Assembly (NCBI RefSeq): GCF_001945605.1
Contig: NZ_MPKA01000113.1
Location: 1 to 32,000 of the forward strand
Direction of reading: 5' to 3'
Length of the DNA: 32,000 bases
Source: Dubosiella newyorkensis
GTDB taxonomy: Bacteria > Bacillota_I > Bacilli_A > Erysipelotrichales > Erysipelotrichaceae
Position numbers and translations under genes: made by a program. Below the pieces are notes generated by a model that worked only from the letters and a program-made list of their open reading frames with translations, was not told where the DNA came from and ran no database searches. Shown here piece after piece: positions 1-8,515 of the stretch. Within the stretch, counting starts at the first letter, position 1. Every line of letters starts with the position of its first letter.

Positions 1-128
1 GACCAGGACCTGGACGTGAAGCGGCTGTACGGGCGCTGCAGGTAGCGGGCTTGAACATCACGATGATCAATGATGTCACACCGATCCCTCACAATGGATG
101 CCGTCCACCAAAAAGACCTCGCGGATAG
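1..128 (+). CDS. rpsK: 30S ribosomal protein S11, 3' end (5'-truncated by window edge)
   Basis: Reading from nt 3 gives [41 protein letters not shown], with the stop TAG at 126-128. This is the conserved S11 C-terminus. It lies directly upstream of rpoA, as in Bacillus-type operons. Confidence 0.9.
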   Translation, partial: PGPGREAAVRALQVAGLNITMINDVTPIPHNGCRPPKRPRG

Positions 129-141
129 TTAGGAGGCTGAC

Positions 142-1092
142 ATGCAGGAATTTAAAAGAGCGACTTTTCATAAAGAATCCACAGAAGAATCGGATGTTCA
201 AGGAACTTTCGTTTTTGAACCCCTTGAACGCGGGTTTGGAACGACGATCGGGAATGCCGTTTGCCGTGTATTGATGATGAATTTGCCTGGATCTGGCGTT
301 GTCGGATTTACGATCGAAGGAGCGGATCCAAATGCGACGACAGTTGCGGGAATCTTAGAAGATGTGACAGGGATCTTGTTGAATGTCAAAGCGTTGAAGC
401 TCACTTCGGATAGTGATCAGCTTGAAACGCTCACCATCAGCAAAGAGGGGCCAGCGATCGTAACGGCCGCGGATCTGATCTGTCCAGAAGAAGTCGATAT
501 CACAGATCCAGATCAGCCGATCTGTACTCTGGAAAAAGGAGCTTCCTTGAATATGAATTTATATGTAGCCAATGGGATCGGCTTTAAGAGCGCTTCAGAG
601 AATCGAGAGGCGTATTCGCTTCCTGAAGAAGCGATTGCGATCGATACGACCTTCACTCCGATCCGTTCGGCTGAATATTTGTCAGAACCAGCTCTTGTAG
701 GACAAGATATCAAATATGATAAGGTCCATCTTTATGTAACGACAGATGGAACGATAACTCCTGTTCAGGCGATTTCGGAAGCTTCTTCGATCTTGGTCGA
801 TAATCTGGACGAGATCGTGCCGTTTGCTGGCTTGGATCTTGAAGAAAGCTTTACAGTACAGCAAGCGCAAGTGGAAGATGGTCAAAAACCGAATACGATG
901 ATGATCGAAGATTTGGATCTTTCTGTCCGTTCGTATAATTGCTTAAAAAGAGCGGGCATCCAAACTGTGGATGAATTGACACAAAAAACCGAAGATGAAA
1001 TGATGCATGTAAAAAATCTTGGAAAGAAATCTTTGAAGGAAGTCAAAGAAAAAATGTATCAGCTTGGTTTATTCTTTAAATCGTACGAATAA
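142..1092 (+). CDS. rpoA: DNA-directed RNA polymerase alpha subunit
   Basis: 316 aa. The N-terminal domain carries FVFEPLERGFGTTIGNA. The C-terminal domain carries IEDLDLSVRSYNCLKRAGIQTVDELTQKTEDEMMHVKNLGKKSLKEV. An SD (TAGGAGG) sits 6-7 nt upstream. Confidence 0.95.
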   Translation: MQEFKRATFHKESTEESDVQGTFVFEPLERGFGTTIGNAVCRVLMMNLPGSGVVGFTIEGADPNATTVAGILEDVTGILLNVKALKLTSDSDQLETLTISKEGPAIVTAADLICPEEVDITDPDQPICTLEKGASLNMNLYVANGIGFKSASENREAYSLPEEAIAIDTTFTPIRSAEYLSEPALVGQDIKYDKVHLYVTTDGTITPVQAISEASSILVDNLDEIVPFAGLDLEESFTVQQAQVEDGQKPNTMMIEDLDLSVRSYNCLKRAGIQTVDELTQKTEDEMMHVKNLGKKSLKEVKEKMYQLGLFFKSYE

Positions 1093-1096
1093 TGAG

Positions 1097-1123
1097 CAAA
1101 AAGTCGGACTTCCGACTTTTTTT
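1097..1123 (+). terminator. Intrinsic terminator after rpoA
   Basis: AAAAGTCGGActtCCGACTTTTTTT: a GC-containing hairpin followed by a T-run, immediately after the rpoA stop. Confidence 0.7.
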
Positions 1124-1140
1124 AGATTGGAGGGGTCGAA

Positions 1141-2886
1141 TTGCTGTTGAGTGCGCAAAATGTATCGAAAACGATCAATGACAAAGTTCTGTTTCAAAAG
1201 ATCCAATTCTCGATCAAAGAAAAAGATAAGATCGCGATCGTGGGGGTGAATGGCTGCGGAAAGTCGACATTGTTGAAAAGCATCGCTTCATTGGATGAGA
1301 GTGTTGGCGATTTTATTGTTCCATCGAACATTCGGATTCATTATTTACCTCAGACACCTACTTTTAGTCAAGAAACCGCTTTAGAAGAAATGCAGTTTGA
1401 AAATCAAAAAAACGCTGTACCGCTCGATGAATACGCTTTGAAAAGCATTCTTTCAAAGCTAGGATTGCAAGACTATGATCTGGCAATCTCATCGATGTCT
1501 GGCGGGCAAAGAAAGCGTTTGGCTTTGGCTATGGCATTAGTCAGTCCGTGCGATCTATTGCTTCTAGACGAGCCAACCAACCATTTGGATGAACAGACGA
1601 TTGGGTGGCTGGAAAACCAGTTGATCAAAATGAATTGCGCGGTTGTCATGGTGAGTCACGATCGCTATTTTCTCGATCGCATCTGTAATACGATTTTTGA
1701 ATTGGATCATGGATCTTTGTATGTGATCGAGGGGAACTATCAAGCCTATCTAGAAGCGAAACAGACACGTCAGATGATTGAGGCAAAACAAAACGCGGCG
1801 TTGAACAATCTGTATCGAAAAGATCTTGAATGGGTGCGGGCTGGTGTGCAGGCGCGGAGCACGAAATCAAAGTCTAGGCTCGATCGCTTCGAAGAGCTGA
1901 GAAAAAAGCGTAAAAAAGAGCAGGAAGCGAGGCTGCAGCTGGAGAGCGCTTCGACACGACTAGGCAAGAAAACGATCGAATGGGAAGATCTGGCTTTTCA
2001 TTATTCTGGACAAAAAGATCTTTTTTCGCATTTTAGTTATCGTCTTCTTTCGAACGATCGAATAGGGATCGTTGGACTGAATGGATGCGGGAAAAGCACA
2101 TTGTTGAAGATCTTTGATCATGAACTTGCTCCCACTAGCGGAACGATCGAGTGGGGAGAGACAGTCCGGATCGGATTTTTTCGACAAGGGGATCAAGAAG
2201 TGGATCTGAATATGCGAGTGATCGACTATTTAGAAGAAACGGCGAAAGTCGTTTCTCTTGGTAAAGATACGATCACGGCTTCGCAAATGCTAGAACGGTT
2301 TTTGTTTCCTAAAGAGATGCATTATGTTCCGATTTCTCGTCTTTCTGGCGGAGAGAGAAGGCGTCTTTATTTGCTTCGGGTACTCATGCAGGCGCCTAAT
2401 GTCTTATTGTTGGATGAACCGACAAATGATCTAGATCTTGTCACTTTGGAGATCTTAGAAGATTATTTGGATACTTTTCCTGGAATCGTGATCGCGGTCT
2501 CGCACGATCGATACTTTTTGGATCGAATCGCTGAACATACTTTTCTTTTTGAAAAAGGCGCGATCTTGGATCTTGTGGGTGGGTATTCCGAAGCTTTGAT
2601 CCGCATGAAGGAGCGCCCTAAGAAAGAAAAAGAAACGAAGCCAGTTTATAAAAAGGAGAGAAAAGCTCGATTGACGTATATGGAAAAGAAGGAATTGTCT
2701 GTTTTGCCAGAACTTCTTGACTCATTGGAAAAGGAGATCGAGAGCTTGAATGCGCAAATGAGCGAGCCGAACTTGTCTTATGAGATTCTTTCTTCTTTGA
2801 CGGCGCAACGAGATGAAAAGGAAGCTTTGCTCGAGGAGAAGAGCGAGCGGTGGATGGTTTTGGAAGAAAAGAGAGAAAATGAATAA
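1141..2886 (+). CDS. ABC-F family ATPase (Uup/YfmR-like, two ABC domains, no TM domain)
   Basis: 581 aa with a TTG start preceded by GGAGGGG. There are two Walker A motifs (GVNGCGKST, GLNGCGKST), two signatures (SGGQRKR, SGGERRR) and two Walker B motifs (LLLLDEPTNHLD, VLLLDEPTNDLD). A short basic inter-domain linker and a C-terminal coiled-coil tail are present. Confidence 0.9.
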   Translation: MLLSAQNVSKTINDKVLFQKIQFSIKEKDKIAIVGVNGCGKSTLLKSIASLDESVGDFIVPSNIRIHYLPQTPTFSQETALEEMQFENQKNAVPLDEYALKSILSKLGLQDYDLAISSMSGGQRKRLALAMALVSPCDLLLLDEPTNHLDEQTIGWLENQLIKMNCAVVMVSHDRYFLDRICNTIFELDHGSLYVIEGNYQAYLEAKQTRQMIEAKQNAALNNLYRKDLEWVRAGVQARSTKSKSRLDRFEELRKKRKKEQEARLQLESASTRLGKKTIEWEDLAFHYSGQKDLFSHFSYRLLSNDRIGIVGLNGCGKSTLLKIFDHELAPTSGTIEWGETVRIGFFRQGDQEVDLNMRVIDYLEETAKVVSLGKDTITASQMLERFLFPKEMHYVPISRLSGGERRRLYLLRVLMQAPNVLLLDEPTNDLDLVTLEILEDYLDTFPGIVIAVSHDRYFLDRIAEHTFLFEKGAILDLVGGYSEALIRMKERPKKEKETKPVYKKERKARLTYMEKKELSVLPELLDSLEKEIESLNAQMSEPNLSYEILSSLTAQRDEKEALLEEKSERWMVLEEKRENE

Positions 2887-2977
2887 ACATCAAGAAAATG
2901 AAAAAAAGACGAATTGGGTAGCTTTGATCTTAGCGATCGTGATCATAGTCGCCATGATCATCGTTTATATAATATAA
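2879..2977 (+). CDS. Possible 32-aa single-TM micro-protein (MNKHQENEKKTNWVALILAIVIIVAMIIVYII)
   Basis: The ATG at 2879 overlaps the ABC-F stop (AATGAATAA). The product has a polar N-terminus followed by a ~19-residue hydrophobic helix. The stop lies directly before the terminator hairpin. It is below the ORF-track length cutoff, and there is no homology evidence. Confidence 0.35.
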   Translation: MNKHQENEKKTNWVALILAIVIIVAMIIVYII

Positions 2978-3004
2978 AAAGAGTATCGAAAGATACTCTT
3001 TTTA
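2976..3004. terminator. Bidirectional intrinsic terminator between convergent genes
   Basis: AAAAAGAGTATCgaaaGATACTCTTTTT: a perfect 8-bp stem flanked by an A-run and a T-run. It lies between the plus-strand ABC-F/micro-ORF and the minus-strand PHP phosphatase stop at 3009. Confidence 0.7.
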
Positions 3005-3008
3005 AACA

Positions 3009-3791
3009 TTATAATAGTAATAGGTCGAAGTCTTTAGCGACGTGTTTTGGATAATGGGCATCGCTGGCTGTGATGATCTCTACGCCTTCGTCAAGGAGGA
3101 TCTGGCGGAAAGCTGGATCTAAACCAACATCGTGATGGTGATAGCGATAATGCGCCCCCGTGTTATCTTCCATTTTGACGCGATGCTCCTTAGCGAGCCT
3201 AGCAAGCTGTTTATAGGTTTCTGTAAGATCGTATCCAGCAGGATAATTATACATTTTGATCACGTCAGGATGCCCGATCTGAGTAAAAAGATCGGATTGG
3301 ATCGCTTTTGCGATCCGGTCGTAATAGCGTTTATAGATCGATGAGACATCTTCCTTTTCCCAGAGGAGGTCTTTGGAAAAGGCGTCCATGTCATAGAGGA
3401 GGCCATCGATCGAATGAACGCTTCCGACAAGAAAGTCATAAGGATATTGAGAAAGGATCTCTTTTAGAAAAGATTCGTTTTCTGGAGAATAACACACTTC
3501 TAAACCAAATTGAACATCGATCGGAAAAGACTCGTTTTTCATTTCTTCAATGAGCTTATGATAGTCTTTGATCGAATTGACTTGTTTCTTTTCAAACCAT
3601 TCTTTTTGTCTTGGATCCGCCTCATAGACACCTTTATACATATCGTGGAATTCATAAAATCGATGTGTATGGTCTAAAATCTGCAGATGCTCGATTCCTT
3701 GTTCTTGGGCGGCTTTGACAAATTCCCAAACATATTCTTTGCTCAAAGGGCCATTTTCTAAGTGGACATGGCCATCGGTTTTATTTTTCAT
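3009..3791 (-). CDS. PHP-domain phosphoesterase, histidinol-phosphatase (HisJ/HisK) family
   Basis: 260 aa. It has the N-terminal DGHVH metal motif, then LDHTHRF, GSVHS and ASDAH motifs typical of the PHP / COG1387 fold. Its ATG lies inside the last codons of serA (tATGAAAAATAA), an 11-nt overlap. Confidence 0.8.
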   Translation of the reverse strand: MKNKTDGHVHLENGPLSKEYVWEFVKAAQEQGIEHLQILDHTHRFYEFHDMYKGVYEADPRQKEWFEKKQVNSIKDYHKLIEEMKNESFPIDVQFGLEVCYSPENESFLKEILSQYPYDFLVGSVHSIDGLLYDMDAFSKDLLWEKEDVSSIYKRYYDRIAKAIQSDLFTQIGHPDVIKMYNYPAGYDLTETYKQLARLAKEHRVKMEDNTGAHYRYHHHDVGLDPAFRQILLDEGVEIITASDAHYPKHVAKDFDLLLL

Positions 3792-4944
3792 AGACTTCTA
3801 CTCGAACGACGCCACGGATCTCCTTGATTTCGTTGATCGATTTTTCGCTTGGCTTTTGGTCGAGATCCAAGATCGTATAGGCGATCTCTTTTTTTGATTT
3901 ATTGAGCAAATTCTCGATATTGGCGTCTTCGCTGGCAAGCTTATCTGTAATTTGCGAAATCATTTTTGGTTTGTTTTCATGGATGACGCAGATCCGATAA
4001 TTTCCTGTGAATGGCGCGAAGGCGTTTGGCATATTGACGGAGTTGATAATATTTCCCGTTGTTAAATATTCCATGACCTCATCAGCCGCTTTGATCGCGC
4101 AATTTTCTTCCGATTCGTCTGTGCTCGCTCCTAAATGCGGAATCGGGATCACGTGAGGATGATCCGCAAGAAGAGGGGAAGGGAAATCGGTCACATATAC
4201 GGCGACTTTTCCGCTATTCAAGGCTTCAAGCATATCTTCGTCGTTGACTAGACCGCCACGGGCGAAGTTGAGGATCTTGACACCATCTTTCATGAGCGCG
4301 ATCGTCTCTTTGTTGATCGTATTTTTCGTGGAATCCATCAAAGGCAGATGCAAAGAAATATAGTCCGCGTTGGCGAACAGTTCTTTTTCATCTTTGACGT
4401 GATTGACCCATCGAGACATGCTCCATGCGTTGTCAACGGAAATATAGGGGTCGTATCCTTCTACTTGCATACCAAAGCGGAGAGCGAGGTTGGCGACTTG
4501 GATCCCGATCGCGCCTAAACCGATCACGCCTAATGTCTTTCCTGTGATCTCATTTCCAGCGTATTTTTTCTTTTGTTTCTCAACATCTTTGCTAAGGTTT
4601 TCATTGCCGCTTTGGCTTTTCGCCCATTCGATTCCGTGATAAATGTCACGGCTTGCAAGAAGAAGACCAGCAAATACGAGTTCTTTTACAGCGTTGGAAT
4701 TCGCACCTGGCGTATTGAAGACGACGATCCCTTTTTGTGTACATGTTTCCAAGTCGATATTGTTGACACCAGCGCCCGCGCGAGCGATCGCTTTTAAGTT
4801 ATCTGCATAATCGAGATCATGGAGATTGGCAGAGCGGACGATGATCGCGTCTTCCTCTTGCAGATCATCGCCTACAAGAAAGCGATCGTTGAATCGATCT
4901 AATCCTTTTTGAGCAATATTGTTGTAGAGCTTGATTTTATACAT
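3781..4944 (-). CDS. serA: D-3-phosphoglycerate dehydrogenase with C-terminal ACT domain
   Basis: 2-hydroxyacid dehydrogenase motifs are present: GVIGLGAIGIQVA NAD-binding, ARGGLVNDE, HLGAST. The C-terminal ~75 aa are ACT-like. I start it at MYKIKLYNN (ATG 4944), which has an AAAGGAA SD and overlaps the serC stop by 8 nt. The track's 4974 start adds 10 unsupported residues. Confidence 0.9.
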   Translation of the reverse strand: MYKIKLYNNIAQKGLDRFNDRFLVGDDLQEEDAIIVRSANLHDLDYADNLKAIARAGAGVNNIDLETCTQKGIVVFNTPGANSNAVKELVFAGLLLASRDIYHGIEWAKSQSGNENLSKDVEKQKKKYAGNEITGKTLGVIGLGAIGIQVANLALRFGMQVEGYDPYISVDNAWSMSRWVNHVKDEKELFANADYISLHLPLMDSTKNTINKETIALMKDGVKILNFARGGLVNDEDMLEALNSGKVAVYVTDFPSPLLADHPHVIPIPHLGASTDESEENCAIKAADEVMEYLTTGNIINSVNMPNAFAPFTGNYRICVIHENKPKMISQITDKLASEDANIENLLNKSKKEIAYTILDLDQKPSEKSINEIKEIRGVVRVEVYEK

Positions 4945-6031
4945 TAGCAGTTCCTTTCGCGTTTTCCGCTTCAAATTTTTTCATGAATTCAATGAGCGTT
5001 TCTATACCTTCGAGTGGCATCGCGTTGTAAATGCTTGCACGCATTCCACCCACTGTACGGTGTCCTTTGATGTTGACGAAACCAGCTTCTTTGGCTTCTT
5101 TGACAAATTTGGCGTCGAGTTCTTTATCGCCAGTCACAAATGGAACGTTCATATATGAACGATCTTCCTTATTGACTGGATTAGAATATAAAGAAGAAGA
5201 GTCAATATAGTCATAGAGCAGATTCGCCTTTTGATGGTTGATCTTTTGCATGTTTTCAAGGCCGCCGATCACATCTTCGAGCCACTCGAATACGAGGCCG
5301 CAAATGTAGATACCATATGTTGGCGGGGTATTGTACATCGAATTGTTGTCGGCATATGTTTTATAATTGAGCATGCTTGGAAGCGTATCGCTGTCTTTGA
5401 GCAGATCTTTTTTGATGATAACGAGAGTGACTCCTGCTGGACCGATGTTTTTTTGGGCGCCGGCAAAGATCAAGTCGTATTTTGTCACGTCTGTTGGTTC
5501 GCTTAAAATACAGCTAGAAAGATCGGCCATGAGCATCTTTCCTTCGTGAGGAGGAAGCTCTTTATATTTTGTTCCATAGATCGTGTTGTTTTCGCAAATA
5601 TATACATAGTCGCTATCTTCGCTCAGATCGGATTGTTTGATTTTGGGGATATAGGTAAAGTTATCTTCCGCGCTGGACGCGACGACGTTCGTTTTTCCTA
5701 ATTTTTTATGTTCAGCGATCGCTTTTTTTGTCCATTGTCCAGTATTGATGATGTCGGCTCCGTTTTTTAAGAAGTTCATCGGGATCATGCTGAACTGCAT
5801 TGATCCGCCTCCTTGCAAGAAGAGGATCTCGTAATCTTCCGGAATATTCATCAATCGACGAAGTCGTGCTTTTGCGGTATTTAAAATATCTTCAAATTCA
5901 CTGGATCGGTGGGACATCTCCATTACGCTCATTCCGCTCTGGTGTGCGTCCAGCATTTCTTCGCTGGCTTTATTGAGTACCCATTCTGGCAAACATGCTG
6001 GGCCTGCACTAAAGTTGTAAACTCGTGTCAT
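4937..6031 (-). CDS. serC: Phosphoserine aminotransferase
   Basis: YNFSAGPACLP near the N-terminus, followed by a class-V aminotransferase body (FAGAQKNIGPAGVTLVII contains the PLP lysine context). I prefer the ATG at 6031 (AAGGTG-N7-ATG) over the GTG at 6040. Confidence 0.92.
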   Translation of the reverse strand: MTRVYNFSAGPACLPEWVLNKASEEMLDAHQSGMSVMEMSHRSSEFEDILNTAKARLRRLMNIPEDYEILFLQGGGSMQFSMIPMNFLKNGADIINTGQWTKKAIAEHKKLGKTNVVASSAEDNFTYIPKIKQSDLSEDSDYVYICENNTIYGTKYKELPPHEGKMLMADLSSCILSEPTDVTKYDLIFAGAQKNIGPAGVTLVIIKKDLLKDSDTLPSMLNYKTYADNNSMYNTPPTYGIYICGLVFEWLEDVIGGLENMQKINHQKANLLYDYIDSSSLYSNPVNKEDRSYMNVPFVTGDKELDAKFVKEAKEAGFVNIKGHRTVGGMRASIYNAMPLEGIETLIEFMKKFEAENAKGTANV

Positions 6032-6081
6032 TTTTTTCACCTTGGTGAATAGAATCCACCTTTCCTTTCATAATAGTTTTC

Positions 6082-6109
6082 ATTATACGATTCTTTAAAG
6101 AGAATGCAA
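6082..6109 (-). promoter_or_regulatory. Candidate sigma-A promoter of the serC-serA-PHP operon
   Basis: On the minus strand: TTGCAT (6109-6104), a 16-nt spacer, then TATAAT (6087-6082), about 50 nt upstream of the serC ATG. Confidence 0.5.
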
Positions 6110-6326
6110 GTCCAAAATGTATGGGAAAAAGAAGCAAATGTGCTTAATATTTAAACAATTTTATGATTTTTGTGGGATTTAAAGGCTTCTATAGGGGTTT
6201 TTCACGCATTTTGTTCAATACTATTTACATTTACTGTTTCATTTATTTTCAACATAAGCATCTGATTTGCTTTTGGTTTGGGTTGTGTCTACTATTAGAT
6301 TAACAAAGATAAAGGAGAAAAATACC

Positions 6327-6596
6327 ATGTCAGATTTTTTTAAAAAAGCCGAAGAAGAAATGAAAGAACATTGGGATGACTTGAAAGAAGACGTCGCAAA
6401 AGAGGCGGACAAAATCAAAGCAGATATCGATAAAAAAGAAGCTGAACACAAAGCCAAAGAGGCAGCAGAAAAAGCCAAAGAAGCAGCTAAATCAACGGCT
6501 GAAGCTGCAAAAAGCGCAGCGAAAGACGCAACGAATACTGTAAAAGAAAAAGTAAACGATGCGAAAGACGCAGTAGCCGACAAAGTAAGCAAGTAA
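6327..6596 (+). CDS. Small Lys/Ala/Glu-rich helical protein (YtxH/LEA-like general-stress type)
   Basis: 89 aa starting MSDFFKKAEEEMKEHWDDLKEDVAKEADKIKADIDKKEAEHKAKEAAEKAKEAAK. A strong SD (AAAGGAGAAAAATACC-ATG) precedes it and a terminator follows. The track start at 6267 has no RBS. Confidence 0.55.
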   Translation: MSDFFKKAEEEMKEHWDDLKEDVAKEADKIKADIDKKEAEHKAKEAAEKAKEAAKSTAEAAKSAAKDATNTVKEKVNDAKDAVADKVSK

Positions 6597-6603
6597 TCGA
6601 AGC

Positions 6604-6632
6604 AGACGTCGCAAGGCGTCTTTTCTTTTTTT
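6604..6632 (+). terminator. Intrinsic terminator
   Basis: AGACGtcgcaaggCGTCT followed by TTTTCTTTTTTTC. Confidence 0.6.
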
Positions 6633-6672
6633 CTTTTTCCATGATAATATAAATAGAAAGCGGAGGAGAAAA

Positions 6673-7128
6673 ATGGGCAATCAAAAAACAGTGGCATTGA
6701 ATAAAAAGGCGCGTCATGACTATGAATTGTTCGATACATTCGAAGCCGGACTTGAATTGAAGGGAACAGAGATCAAAAGCATTCGGCATGGAAAAGTGCA
6801 GCTGAAAGATAGTTATATCTCGATCCGGGATGGACAAGCCTATATCAAAGAGATGCATATTTCTCCCTATGAATTTGGGAATCGCTTCAATCATGAACAG
6901 ACGCGGGATCGAAGGCTTTTGCTTCATAAAAACGAAATTTTAAAACTGGAGCAGGCGACAAAGATCAAAGGCTATACGATCGTTCCTGTTCGGATCTATT
7001 TGAGTCATGGTCTCGCTAAATTGGAGATCGCGCTCGCGAAAGGTAAAAATCTGCATGATAAGCGTCAATCCGAAAAAGAGAAGGATGCGAAACGCGAAAT
7101 CGAAAAAGCGATGAAGTTTAAGTATTGA
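6673..7128 (+). CDS. smpB: SsrA-binding protein
   Basis: 151 aa. NKKARHDYELFDTFEAGLELKGTEIKSIR and RDRRLLLHKNEILKL are hallmark SmpB motifs. An SD (GGAGGAG) is present and the tmRNA gene lies immediately downstream. Confidence 0.95.
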   Translation: MGNQKTVALNKKARHDYELFDTFEAGLELKGTEIKSIRHGKVQLKDSYISIRDGQAYIKEMHISPYEFGNRFNHEQTRDRRLLLHKNEILKLEQATKIKGYTIVPVRIYLSHGLAKLEIALAKGKNLHDKRQSEKEKDAKREIEKAMKFKY

Positions 7129-7172
7129 CATCGATATTTAATTGGTTTATATTAATCGAACCAATTGATACT

Positions 7173-7557
7173 GGGGATGTTTTTGGCATTCGATAGGTAA
7201 TCGTTTGGGATAGACTACAGCCGTGAAGGAACACGTAAAAACCATTAAAATTTAAACGCTAAAACTAAATTTGCTAACTTGTTTGGTGCTAACCGCCCAG
7301 CAATGGCATTTGCTGCCTAATTAGACTACGTTTGTCTTGCAGCCCGAATTTGTGAGTTCGCTTTCTTATAACAAATTTGAGAATGGCAAAGAAGATCGGA
7401 ACAAGAGTGGATCGGTTCCCTGTTCTTAAACACGTTGATCAAACCCATAAAGTATATTGTCCATCATAGCTTTATGGTTTCTTAGATGGAATAAGCTGTA
7501 AACGTTTATTCGTGGGACGTTATCTAGACAGGAGTTCGAGTCTCCTCATCTCCACCA
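7173..7557 (+). ncRNA. ssrA: tmRNA (transfer-messenger RNA)
   Basis: The 5' end GGGGATGTTTTTGGCATTCGATAGG pairs with the 3' end, which is tRNA-Ala-like: GGACAGGAGTTCGAGTCTCCTCATCTCCACCA. The internal tag reading frame at 7258-7320 gives AKTKFANLFGANRPAMAFAA followed by TAA. The gene is adjacent to smpB. Confidence 0.93.
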
Positions 7558-7566
7558 TAGAAGATC

Positions 7567-7593
7567 CAGCCCTTATGTAAAGGGCTTTTTTTA
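7567..7593 (+). terminator. Intrinsic terminator after ssrA
   Basis: AGCCCTTatgtaaAGGGCTTTTTTTT. Confidence 0.7.
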
Positions 7594-7621
7594 TTGCGGT
7601 GTAATTTTGATCCAACGAAGA

Positions 7622-8515
7622 TCATTTATGAAAGATCCGCCATTTTCGGATCACGATGATCTGCACAAAAGTTAAAAGAATACAGAAAACGATACAGGCA
7701 GTATATCCCCAAGGTTGTTTAAGAAGATGCATATTGATGAAGTTCATGCCCAACCATCCTGTGATAAAGGTGAGTGGAGTAAAAATAGAGGTAACGATCG
7801 TCAACAGATTGACTAGATCATTTTGCCGTTCAGAAAGTTTAGCTTGCTTCATATCTAAAACTTGGGTAAGCGATTCTTTTTGCGCATGGGTAATAGAAGC
7901 TAAATGATTCACTCGCTGAATATAGAGTGAAAGAAGCGTTTGCGCTGTCTCGTCTTCACTTTGGATCACTACCTGCTCGATCGTTTGGGCCATATTGGCA
8001 AGCTGCTCATAATAAATAAAGAGCGCGTTGAGCTCATTGCGCATATATAAAAAATCTTGACTCGTATTTGAGATTTTATCGCTCTCCATCTTCGAAGCAA
8101 AATCAGCAAGTGTTTTTTCATATCCTTGCAGAATATATAAGTCTTCGCGAACGAGATACTCCATAAAGTCGAGCAAAAAAAACAAGAGGCGTTTTTATTT
8201 CGTCGTCATAAATATCTTGCATATGGCGGACTTTTTTCGAACTTTAGATCCTTCGTCAATAAAATATAGCTTATTGTTCGTTAAGCAAAAAGCGAACTTA
8301 TTGTGGGAGATCTGCAGATTCTTTTTAGAAGGAATCACGAAAGTACCATAGAGGAGGCCTCTGAAATTGGCGGCTTTACAAAATTCAGGGTTGCTGATGA
8401 CTTTGTAAATATGTTGAACGTGATAGATGGAAGGCTCCTTATTTTTAAATTCTTCAAGCCCTAATATTTCGACTTGTCCTGCATCGGAATCAATCATTTT
8501 ATTTTCATTTTCCAT
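7622..8515 (-). pseudogene. corA: CorA-family Mg2+/Co2+ transporter interrupted by an in-frame TAA
   Basis: The N-terminal part (ATG 8515, SD AAGGAG; MENENKMIDSDAGQVEILGLEEF...) and the C-terminal part (ending ...ITGWLGMNFINM... with the GMN motif and two TM helices) are in the same reading frame. A single TAA at 8197-8195 separates them (...IFMTTK*KRLLFFLLDFMEYLV). The combined length of ~297 codons fits CorA. Confidence 0.7.

Noticed and set aside
6171-6180. The 10-mer AAATCCCACA that begins both repeats also occurs, as its reverse complement, upstream of serC.
   Set aside because: There is no extended similarity beyond 10 nt. A single extra 10-mer match in 64 kb of two-strand sequence is within chance.
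6239-6927. Long minus-strand ORFs 6239..6739 (166 aa), 6487..6927 and 6492..6680.
   Set aside because: They are antisense to the K/A/E-rich gene, where low complexity keeps the opposite strand open, and to smpB. They have no RBS and give implausible Ser/Phe/Leu/Cys-rich products.
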